Shown: positions 16,570 to 23,282 of the stretch, piece by piece
Position numbering within the stretch: position 1 is the stretch's first letter
Layout: every line of letters begins with the position of its first letter
Origin: Gemmatimonadota bacterium
GTDB lineage: Bacteria > Gemmatimonadota > Gemmatimonadetes > Gemmatimonadales > Gemmatimonadaceae
DNA length: 42,421 nucleotides
Direction: 5' to 3'
NCBI GenBank assembly: GCA_947504615.1
Contig: CANNKR010000001.1
Coordinates: forward strand, 1-42,421
Notes under the pieces: model-generated
What the model was told of the DNA's origin: nothing
Databases searched by the model: none
The model's input: the letters and a program-made list of their open reading frames with translations, nothing else
Position numbers and translations under genes: made by a program

Positions 16570-18467
16570 TGTTCGTTCCGATCTCCTCGCGCGGCCGCCG
16601 CGGCGGCAACCGCAATGCGCAGATCGCCGCCACCGTGCTGGGCGGCGTGGCCGCCGTGCTCGGTACCGGCATTTCGAGTGCCCGCCGCCGCCAGTGGCAC
16701 GTCAGCGAACCCTGGATGATGTTCGCCGGCATCATCCTCGGCCTCGCCATCTTCCTCCTGGTACGCCGCCTGCAGACGTCGGAACGCAGCGAGGAGCGCG
16801 TCAGCGAGCGCACGGAGTCCATGTCGGCCTTCGACGCGACCACCGAGGACCGCCGGCCGTGGCTGGTGGTGCTGATCGCCATCGTCGCCAGCCTGCTCGC
16901 CGTTGGCCTCTTCCTCGCCCTGTCGCCGCGCGCGGCCGCCAGCCAGGAGCCCGCGCTGCAGTCGGCCTTCGTGCTCACCAAGGGGACCGACACCCTCGTG
17001 GTGGAGCGCCTCACGCGCGGCCGCTCGAGTGTCAGCGGCGACCTCGTGATCAAGGGCCAGGCGCGCATGACGTTCATCGCCGAGCTCACGCCGGGACCGA
17101 GCGTGCCGATGCTGTCGTTCAAGGCGTGGGGGAGCGGCGCGTCCATCGACTCGCCGCCGCTGCAGAGCGGCACGCAACGGCTGACCGCCGACTCGGCGTA
17201 CATCGTGGTCAACATCGGCGGCGCCGAACGCAAGATGAGCCGGGCGATCTCGAAGAACCCGCTACCCATCATGAACAACGACTTCGCGATGATCGAACTC
17301 GCCATCGCGCGGGCGAAGGCGAAGGGCGGCGCCAGCGACACGGTGCCGATGTTCGCACTCACTGGTGGCGTGCAGCTCGACTGCACCATCGAGTTCGTGG
17401 GCCGGGACACCGCCGTCTTCCGTATCGCCGGCCAGGAGAACCGATTCGGCATCGACGCCGCCGGACGCATCATGGGTGGCACACTCCCCGCCCAGAACAT
17501 CGTGATCACGCGCGTGGACGGCCCGGCCGTGGACAAGATCTCCATCGGACGTCCCGACTACGGCGCACCGGCTGGAGCGCCATACAGCGCCGAGGAAGTA
17601 ACGGTGAAGACGCCGATGGGACACGTGCTCACCGGCACGCTCACCATCCCGAAGAACGCCAAGGGCAAGGTGCCTGCGGTCGTGACGATCACCGGCAGCG
17701 GCCAGGAGGACCGTGACGAGTATATCTCGCTGGTGCCGGGCTACCGCATCTTCCGCCAGGTGGCCGACACGCTGGGGCGCCGCGGCATCGCGGTGCTGCG
17801 CATGGACGACCGCGCGATCAACGGCAGCGGCGGTGACGTGAACAAGGCGACCAGCGCCGACTTTGCGGACGACATCCGTGCCGGCATCGCGTTCCTGCGC
17901 GCACGCAGCGAGATCGACGGCACCCGCATCGCGCTGGTGGGGCACAGCGAGGGCGGGATGATCGCGCCTCTTGTGGCGAGCACCGATGCCAGGATCGCCG
18001 CCATCGTCCTGATGGCGGGGCCGGCCTTCACGGGGCAGCGCATCATCGACTTCCAATTGAAGAACGGCATCATGGGCGCCGAGTCGATTCCGGCGGCGAG
18101 CAAGGATTCCGCGTTGCGAGTGACGAAGGCCCAGTTCGACTCCACCAGCGGCAAGGTGCCGTGGATGAAGTATTTCCTGACGTACGACCCTGTGCCGACA
18201 GCGAAGAAGGTGAAGACGCCGGTCCTCATCATGCAGGGTGGCACGGACCAGCAGGTGACGCCCGACCAGGCGCCGGTGCTCGAGCAGGCGTTCAAGGCGG
18301 GTGGCAACAAGGACGTGACGATGCGGGTGTTCAAGGACCGCAATCATCTCTTCCTGAACGATCCGAGCGGTTTTCCGGGCGGCTACGTGAAGCTCACGAA
18401 CGGCAAGATCGATGGCGAGGTGATGGGGGCGCTGGCGGATTGGTTGGGGGTGAGGTTGAAGCCGTAA
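16569..18467 (+). CDS. Membrane-anchored alpha/beta hydrolase (S9/dienelactone-hydrolase-like serine hydrolase)
   Basis: The ATG at 16569 overlaps the upstream stop. N-terminal TM helices and a beta-rich middle domain precede a C-terminal hydrolase with the nucleophile elbow VGHSEGG plus QGGTDQQV and DRNHLF (Ser-Asp-His). Confidence 0.8.
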   Translation: MFVPISSRGRRGGNRNAQIAATVLGGVAAVLGTGISSARRRQWHVSEPWMMFAGIILGLAIFLLVRRLQTSERSEERVSERTESMSAFDATTEDRRPWLVVLIAIVASLLAVGLFLALSPRAAASQEPALQSAFVLTKGTDTLVVERLTRGRSSVSGDLVIKGQARMTFIAELTPGPSVPMLSFKAWGSGASIDSPPLQSGTQRLTADSAYIVVNIGGAERKMSRAISKNPLPIMNNDFAMIELAIARAKAKGGASDTVPMFALTGGVQLDCTIEFVGRDTAVFRIAGQENRFGIDAAGRIMGGTLPAQNIVITRVDGPAVDKISIGRPDYGAPAGAPYSAEEVTVKTPMGHVLTGTLTIPKNAKGKVPAVVTITGSGQEDRDEYISLVPGYRIFRQVADTLGRRGIAVLRMDDRAINGSGGDVNKATSADFADDIRAGIAFLRARSEIDGTRIALVGHSEGGMIAPLVASTDARIAAIVLMAGPAFTGQRIIDFQLKNGIMGAESIPAASKDSALRVTKAQFDSTSGKVPWMKYFLTYDPVPTAKKVKTPVLIMQGGTDQQVTPDQAPVLEQAFKAGGNKDVTMRVFKDRNHLFLNDPSGFPGGYVKLTNGKIDGEVMGALADWLGVRLKP

Positions 18468-18472
18468 CGGAC

Positions 18473-18536
18473 ACGAACGCACGAACGCACGAACGCACGA
18501 TTGCACGAGCGCACGAGCGCACGAGCGCACGATTGC
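18473..18536. repeat. 8-bp tandem repeat x8 with 32-bp higher-order structure
   Basis: (ACGAACGC)x3, ACGATTGC, (ACGAGCGC)x3, ACGATTGC. The array begins 6 nt after the hydrolase stop codon. Confidence 0.9.
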
Positions 18537-18634
18537 GCCTACGTGCATCCCGACGAGGTGCACCTGACCAATGGCATGCGCCCCGAGCAACCACGGCGCG
18601 ACGGCAACGTTAGACACTCACCGGGAACAGACGC

Positions 18635-18997
18635 ATGGTGAAGCTCTCCATCAAGGACGACACGCTGGTCGTCTTCGTCCTCGGCAGCCACAAGTTCTTC
18701 GCCCTGAAGACCCAGCTGCTCGTATCGCTCTCGCATGTCCGGAGCATCCGGCACGATCCCGGGCACGCGGAGCGGTGGTGGCACGGCATCAAGATGCCGG
18801 GCACGGACATTCCCGGCTTCTTCGTGGCCGGGACGTTCTGGACGTCCGACGGCTGGCGCTTCTGGGACGTGCGCCACCCGGCGAACGCGGTGACCATCGA
18901 GCTCCACGACGAGCAGCTGGCGGAGATCATCGTGGAGGTGGAGGACCCCGAGGCGGCGGTGGCGATGATCAACGAGGCGATCAAGCGGGCGCCGTGA
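18635..18997 (+). CDS. Hypothetical protein, PH-domain-like small protein
   Basis: 120-aa ORF starting at an ATG with GC3-rich codon usage. The sequence pattern (LVVFVLGSHKFFALKTQLLVSLSHVRSI...IPGFFVAGTFW...) resembles conserved small bacterial PH-like proteins. This assignment is from memory only. Confidence 0.5.
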   Translation: MVKLSIKDDTLVVFVLGSHKFFALKTQLLVSLSHVRSIRHDPGHAERWWHGIKMPGTDIPGFFVAGTFWTSDGWRFWDVRHPANAVTIELHDEQLAEIIVEVEDPEAAVAMINEAIKRAP

Positions 18998-19027
18998 GCT
19001 CCACGGCCGACCTCACCGGTACCGAGG

Positions 19028-19858
19028 TTATTTGGAGCCCAGTTGCATCGCCCGCCCCTTGAACCGCCGCTTCATCACCGAAATGGCGGTGCGGCTGGAA
19101 TCGACCAGCACGCAATCGCGTCCATTGCGGTCGGCCGCATCACCGAATGACCCGCTGCCGGCAAAGAAGTCGAGCAACTGATCGCCGGGATTGGAATGCA
19201 CGCGCACGATGCGTTCCAGGATGCCGAGCGGCTTCTGCGCGGGATAACCGGTCTTCTCCTTCCCCGTCGGACTCACGATGGTGTGCCACCACGTATCGGT
19301 GGGCACCTTGCCCCGCGCGGCCTTCTCCGCCCCGGCCAGTCCCGGCGCCAGATACGGCACGCGATCGCTGGCGTCCACGTTGAACGTGAAGCGCCGCGGA
19401 TCACGCGCATACCACAGGATATTGTCGTGCTTGGGGCTCCAGCGCTTGTTGGTGCGCCCCCCGTAGTCGTACGCCCAGATGATCTCGTTGATGAACGACG
19501 CGCGCCCGAACAGCTGGTCGAGCATCACCTTGGCGTAGTGCACTTCGCGATAGTCCAGGTGCACGAACAGCGACCCGGTGGGCGACAGCAGCCGGCGCGC
19601 CTCGACCAGCCGCGGCTCGAGGAAGCCCAGGTAGTCGTCGAACTCGTCGGCGAACGACCGGCTCCCCACCCGCACCTGGGTGTAGCGCTCGCCGTTGAAG
19701 GCGACGCGCCCCCCCTCACTCACCCGCGTGGACTTCCAGCTCGTGCGCACCTGCGCCCGCCCCGTGTTGAACGGCGGGTCGATGTAGATGAGGTCGAAGC
19801 TCGCGTCGCCCAGGCGCGCGAGGACGTCGAGGTTGTCGCCGTGATGGATGGTCAGCAC
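19028..19858 (-). CDS. Beta-class N6-adenine/N4-cytosine DNA methyltransferase (PF01555-like), apparently orphan
   Basis: Motif IV (IYIDPPFN) is near the N-terminus and motif I (LLDFFAGSGSFGDAA) near the C-terminus, which is the beta permutation. It has a GTG start. No adjacent endonuclease-like ORF is present. Confidence 0.85.
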   Translation of the reverse strand: MLTIHHGDNLDVLARLGDASFDLIYIDPPFNTGRAQVRTSWKSTRVSEGGRVAFNGERYTQVRVGSRSFADEFDDYLGFLEPRLVEARRLLSPTGSLFVHLDYREVHYAKVMLDQLFGRASFINEIIWAYDYGGRTNKRWSPKHDNILWYARDPRRFTFNVDASDRVPYLAPGLAGAEKAARGKVPTDTWWHTIVSPTGKEKTGYPAQKPLGILERIVRVHSNPGDQLLDFFAGSGSFGDAADRNGRDCVLVDSSRTAISVMKRRFKGRAMQLGSK

Positions 19859-19917
19859 ACGGACAATCTGCGGGGGGGCCGTGTCCTGCAGAAGGGCCGG
19901 GGCCCTTCCCGGACGCC

Positions 19918-20481
19918 TTACTTCCCCGCCGCCCGGAACGCGAGGTTGAAGTTCACCGCCACGTCTTCTGCGATCGGGTTCATCGTGGAGTTGAAGACGA
20001 TGCCGAAGTCCGAGCGCTGGATCGTGAACTGCCCCTTGAAACGCCCGGCCTGCGCCTTGTCGTCCCAGAAGACCAGCGTCACCGGGATCGTCACCGACTT
20101 CGTGATGCCGCGCATCGTCAGGTCACCGGTGATGTTCAGCTTCGTGTCGCTGATCCTGTTCACCAGCTTCGACGTGAAGGTGATCTGCGGAAACGAGTCG
20201 GCGGCGAAGAAATCCTTGCTGCGCAGGTGATTGTCGCGCATGACCACGCGCGTGTTCACGCTCTTGCTGTCGATGACGAGCTTCACCGACGACTTTTCCC
20301 AGGCGGCAGGGTCCAGCGCGAGTTCGGCGTCCCACTTTTCCCAGAAGCCATGCGCGTCCAGCAGGCGCGACTCGGCGACGAAGTTGATCTCGCTGTGCGC
20401 GGCGTCCTTCACGAACTTCACGTCCTGCGCACCGGCGGCGGTGGCCGAGAGCAACACCAACAGAACAGCAATGCGACGCAT
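19918..20481 (-). CDS. YceI family periplasmic (polyisoprenoid-binding-like) protein
   Basis: It has a signal peptide and YceI motifs (HSEINFVAESRLLDAHGFW..., LRSKDFFAADSFPQITFTS, ITGDLTMRGITKSVTIPV). Confidence 0.85.
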   Translation of the reverse strand: MRRIAVLLVLLSATAAGAQDVKFVKDAAHSEINFVAESRLLDAHGFWEKWDAELALDPAAWEKSSVKLVIDSKSVNTRVVMRDNHLRSKDFFAADSFPQITFTSKLVNRISDTKLNITGDLTMRGITKSVTIPVTLVFWDDKAQAGRFKGQFTIQRSDFGIVFNSTMNPIAEDVAVNFNLAFRAAGK

Positions 20482-20546
20482 GTGGAACGACTCCTGCCGT
20501 GGGAATGACGTGGCTACGCGCCGAGGGAGGCGAGGCCACGGCGGGG

Positions 20547-20575
20547 AGATTAACTTAGTACTGAGATATATGCAA
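20547..20575 (-). promoter_or_regulatory. Candidate promoter of yceI-like gene with an embedded AGTACT-core near-palindrome
   Basis: On the minus strand it reads TTGCAT, a 17-nt spacer, then TAATCT. The spacer contains CTCAGTACTAAG (20554-20565). The architecture parallels the mntH promoter candidate. Confidence 0.35.
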
Positions 20576-20597
20576 GGCCCCCCGTGCCGCCCGCCGA

Positions 20598-21275
20598 CTA
20601 TCGCCGGTCGTCCCGGATGTAGACCCGTGTCGCCACCGTCACCCCGATGACGTGCCGCGCCCGTCCCACCGCTACCGTCAGCGGCCCGTCAAACGGCGCG
20701 CGATCCACCAGGCGCAGCGTCACCCCGGGGCGAATGCCCAGCTCGCCGAGGTAGCGCAGCAGCGCCGGATCCCGATCACTCATCCGCGCCACGCGCCCCT
20801 GCTCCCCGACGGCGAGATCATTCAGCACCGGCAGTCTCGCATCATCCACCGTGCCGTCGGCACGGGGGATCGGCGCCCCGTGCGGATCCACCGTGGGGTC
20901 CCCGAGGGCGGCCGCCATCCGGTCAATCAGGTCGGGGCTCGCGGCGTGCTCCAGCCGCTCAGCCTCGTCGTGCACACCGTCCCAGCCATAGCCGAGTCGC
21001 GTTACGAGGTAGCTCTCGAGTACGCGGTGGCGGCGAATCATCTGCAGCGCCACGCGCCGTCCCTTGGGTGTGAGCCGGACACCGCGGTAGCGTTCCACGA
21101 CCACCAGTCCCTGCCGAGCGAGCCGGCGGACCATGCCGCTCACCGACGCCGGCGCAATGTGCAGCCGCTCGGCGATGGCCGTGGTGGCCGCCGCCTCGCC
21201 GTCGCGCTCGATCTCGTAGATCACCTTCAGGTAGTCTTCCGCCTGCCCCGTCAGGGCGGCACGCCCCGGAGTCAC
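20598..21275 (-). CDS. mntR: DtxR/MntR family metal-dependent transcriptional regulator with a C-terminal FeoA/SH3-like domain
   Basis: It has the pattern AEDYLKVIYEIERDG, the HTH segment TTAIAERLHIAPASVSGMVRRLARQGLV, a metal-binding helix region and a FeoA-like tail. The GTG start (21275) overlaps the usp TGA stop. Confidence 0.8.
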   Translation of the reverse strand: MTPGRAALTGQAEDYLKVIYEIERDGEAAATTAIAERLHIAPASVSGMVRRLARQGLVVVERYRGVRLTPKGRRVALQMIRRHRVLESYLVTRLGYGWDGVHDEAERLEHAASPDLIDRMAAALGDPTVDPHGAPIPRADGTVDDARLPVLNDLAVGEQGRVARMSDRDPALLRYLGELGIRPGVTLRLVDRAPFDGPLTVAVGRARHVIGVTVATRVYIRDDRR

Positions 21276-21712
21276 GGCGCGCCCTTGGGGTGCGGCTCGC
21301 GCACCATCAGCACGGGCACGTGGGTGCGATGGCGCAGTTCGCTGGCCACGCTGCCGCGCAGCAGGTCGTTCAGCCCGCGGTGCCCGTGCGTCGCCATGGC
21401 GATGAGATCGGCGCCCTCGCGCACGGCGGCGGCCGTGATCTCGTCCGCCGGGTTGCCGCAGGCGAGCACCGCGTCGCACGACAGTCCGTCGGCGGTCAGT
21501 TCTTCGCAGATGGCGTCCAGGTACTGGCGGTCGCGCCGCATCTCCTCGCTTTCGCGCAGGTCGAGCTGCTGCAGGTTGCGCGCGGCGAAGCCGTCGGCCA
21601 CGTGAATGAACACCACCGACGCGCCGCAGTGGCGGGCCAGCGCGCGCACGTGGGCGATGACCACCCGGTCGGTGCGCGTGTTCTCGAGCGGAACGAGGAT
21701 CTTCTGATACAT
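21272..21712 (-). CDS. Universal stress protein (UspA family)
   Basis: The product [18 protein letters not shown]...GADLIAMATHGHRGLNDLLRGSVASELRHRTHVPVLMV is Usp-like. The ATG at 21712 overlaps the mntH stop as ATGA. Confidence 0.85.
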   Translation of the reverse strand: MYQKILVPLENTRTDRVVIAHVRALARHCGASVVFIHVADGFAARNLQQLDLRESEEMRRDRQYLDAICEELTADGLSCDAVLACGNPADEITAAAVREGADLIAMATHGHRGLNDLLRGSVASELRHRTHVPVLMVREPHPKGAP

Positions 21713-23109
21713 CAGCTCATCCACCCCGCAAAGGTCTGAACCAGCAGCCAGGCATTGAGGATCGCGATGACGAAGGCCACGCTGTACGCCGACACCTTCA
21801 GCCAGCGCGGGTTCACGAACTCGCCCATCTTCACCCGGTCCGAGGTGAAACGTACGAGCGGGAAGACCGCAAAGGAAAGCTGTAGCGACAGGATGACCTG
21901 GCTGAAGATGAGCAGTTTCGCCGTGCCGCTGTCGCCGTAGAGGCTGGCGACGATCACCGCCGGCACAATGGCGATGGCTCGGGTGATGAGCCGGCGTACC
22001 CAGGGGCGCAGGCGGAGGTTGAGAAAGCCCTCCATCACGATCTGGCCCGCCAAGGTGGCGGTCAGCGTCGAATTCTGGCCGCTGGCCAGCAGCGCCAAGG
22101 CGAAGATGGTCGACGCGCCACTGACACCGAGCAGCGGCGTGAGGAGCTTGTATGCGTCCTGGATCTCGGCCACTTCGGTGTTGCCGCTCGAATGAAACGT
22201 GGCCGCCGCGACGATGAGAATGGCGGCGTTGATGAACAGCGCGGTGCTGAGCGCGATGGTGGAATCGAGAAAAGCGAACTTCACCGCCTCGCGTTTGCCG
22301 TGCGCCGTCTCCTCGTAGCGCCGCGTCTGCACGATGGACGAATGCAGGTAGAGGTTGTGCGGCATCACGGTGGCGCCAAGGATGCCGATGCCGATGTAGA
22401 GCATCTCGCGATCGCGCAGGATCTGGGTCGTTGGCAGGAAGCCGGCGGCAACCCCCGCCATGTCGGGGCGCGAGATGAAGATCTCGAACAGGAAGCAGGC
22501 GCCGATGGTGGCGATGAGCACGATGACGAGCGCCTCGAGCATGCGGAAGCCGCGATGCTGGAGGAAGAGGATGAGCATCACGTCGAGCGCGGTGATGCAG
22601 ATGCCCCACGTGAGCGGGATGCCGAAGAGCAGGTTGAGGGCGATGGCGGTGCCGATCACCTCGGCCAGGTCGCAGGCGGCGATGGCGATCTCGCACAACA
22701 CCCACAGGAACAGCGACACGGGCCGCGAGTAATGGTCGCGGCACGCCTGGGCGAGGTCGCGCCCGGTGACGATGCCCAGCTTGCTCGAGAGCCCCTGCAG
22801 CAGCACGGCCATCAGGTTCGAGAGCAGGATGACGCTCAGCAGCGTGTAGCCGAAGCGGGAGCCGCCGGCGAGCGAGGTGGCCCAGTTGCCGGGGTCCATG
22901 TAGCCCACCGCCACCAGGTATCCCGGGCCGGAGAAGGCGAGCAGCTTCCGGAACCAGGTGGTGCCGTTCACCGGGATGGAGCGATGCACCTCGGCGAGCG
23001 ACGGGGTGACGCGCGCGCGCCGCCAGCCCGGAGCTGCGGATTCGCCGGTCGGCGGCTCGCCTGTGGATGGCCCCTCGGCGTCGGGGGGAATTGAGATAGG
23101 GTGTACCAC
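21712..23109 (-). CDS. mntH: Nramp-family divalent metal (Mn2+/Fe2+) transporter
   Basis: It carries the [23 protein letters not shown] motif, about 11 TM helices and the Nramp consensus MPHNLYLHS. The start is uncertain: GTG at 23109, with an in-frame GTG further downstream also possible. Confidence 0.9.
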   Translation of the reverse strand: MVHPISIPPDAEGPSTGEPPTGESAAPGWRRARVTPSLAEVHRSIPVNGTTWFRKLLAFSGPGYLVAVGYMDPGNWATSLAGGSRFGYTLLSVILLSNLMAVLLQGLSSKLGIVTGRDLAQACRDHYSRPVSLFLWVLCEIAIAACDLAEVIGTAIALNLLFGIPLTWGICITALDVMLILFLQHRGFRMLEALVIVLIATIGACFLFEIFISRPDMAGVAAGFLPTTQILRDREMLYIGIGILGATVMPHNLYLHSSIVQTRRYEETAHGKREAVKFAFLDSTIALSTALFINAAILIVAAATFHSSGNTEVAEIQDAYKLLTPLLGVSGASTIFALALLASGQNSTLTATLAGQIVMEGFLNLRLRPWVRRLITRAIAIVPAVIVASLYGDSGTAKLLIFSQVILSLQLSFAVFPLVRFTSDRVKMGEFVNPRWLKVSAYSVAFVIAILNAWLLVQTFAGWMS

Positions 23110-23115
23110 AAATAC

Positions 23116-23143
23116 AAGTTAGTACGTACTAACATTATTGCAA
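23116..23143 (-). promoter_or_regulatory. Candidate mntH promoter with a 16-bp perfect palindrome (MntR/DtxR-type operator candidate)
   Basis: On the minus strand it reads TTGCAA (23143-23138), a 16-nt spacer, then TAACTT (23121-23116). The palindrome GTTAGTACGTACTAAC (23118-23133) spans the spacer and the -10, and contains the TTAG...CTAA arms reminiscent of DtxR/IdeR boxes. Confidence 0.5.
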
Positions 23144-23282
23144 GAGCAGGGGGCGGGCGGGACGGCGGCCCGCGAACCGACAGCATGGCGGCGCTCCGGC
23201 GCGTAGGAAGCAGGTCGCCGACCCTCGCCCCCGACGGGCCAAGGCGCTAACGTCTCCGCTCCACATCGCTCCTCGAGGATCC

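Noticed and set aside
19891-19908. Palindrome GAAGGGCCGGGGCCCTTC between the YceI-like and methyltransferase genes as a terminator
   Set aside because: It has a short stem and no U-tract, and the genes are co-oriented with only a 59-nt gap. The evidence is too weak to call a feature.
23110-23282. Possible Mn riboswitch (yybP-ykoY) in an mntH leader
   Set aside because: The promoter-like elements and palindrome abut the start codon, leaving no room for a structured leader. The rest of the intergenic DNA lies upstream of the promoter candidate.
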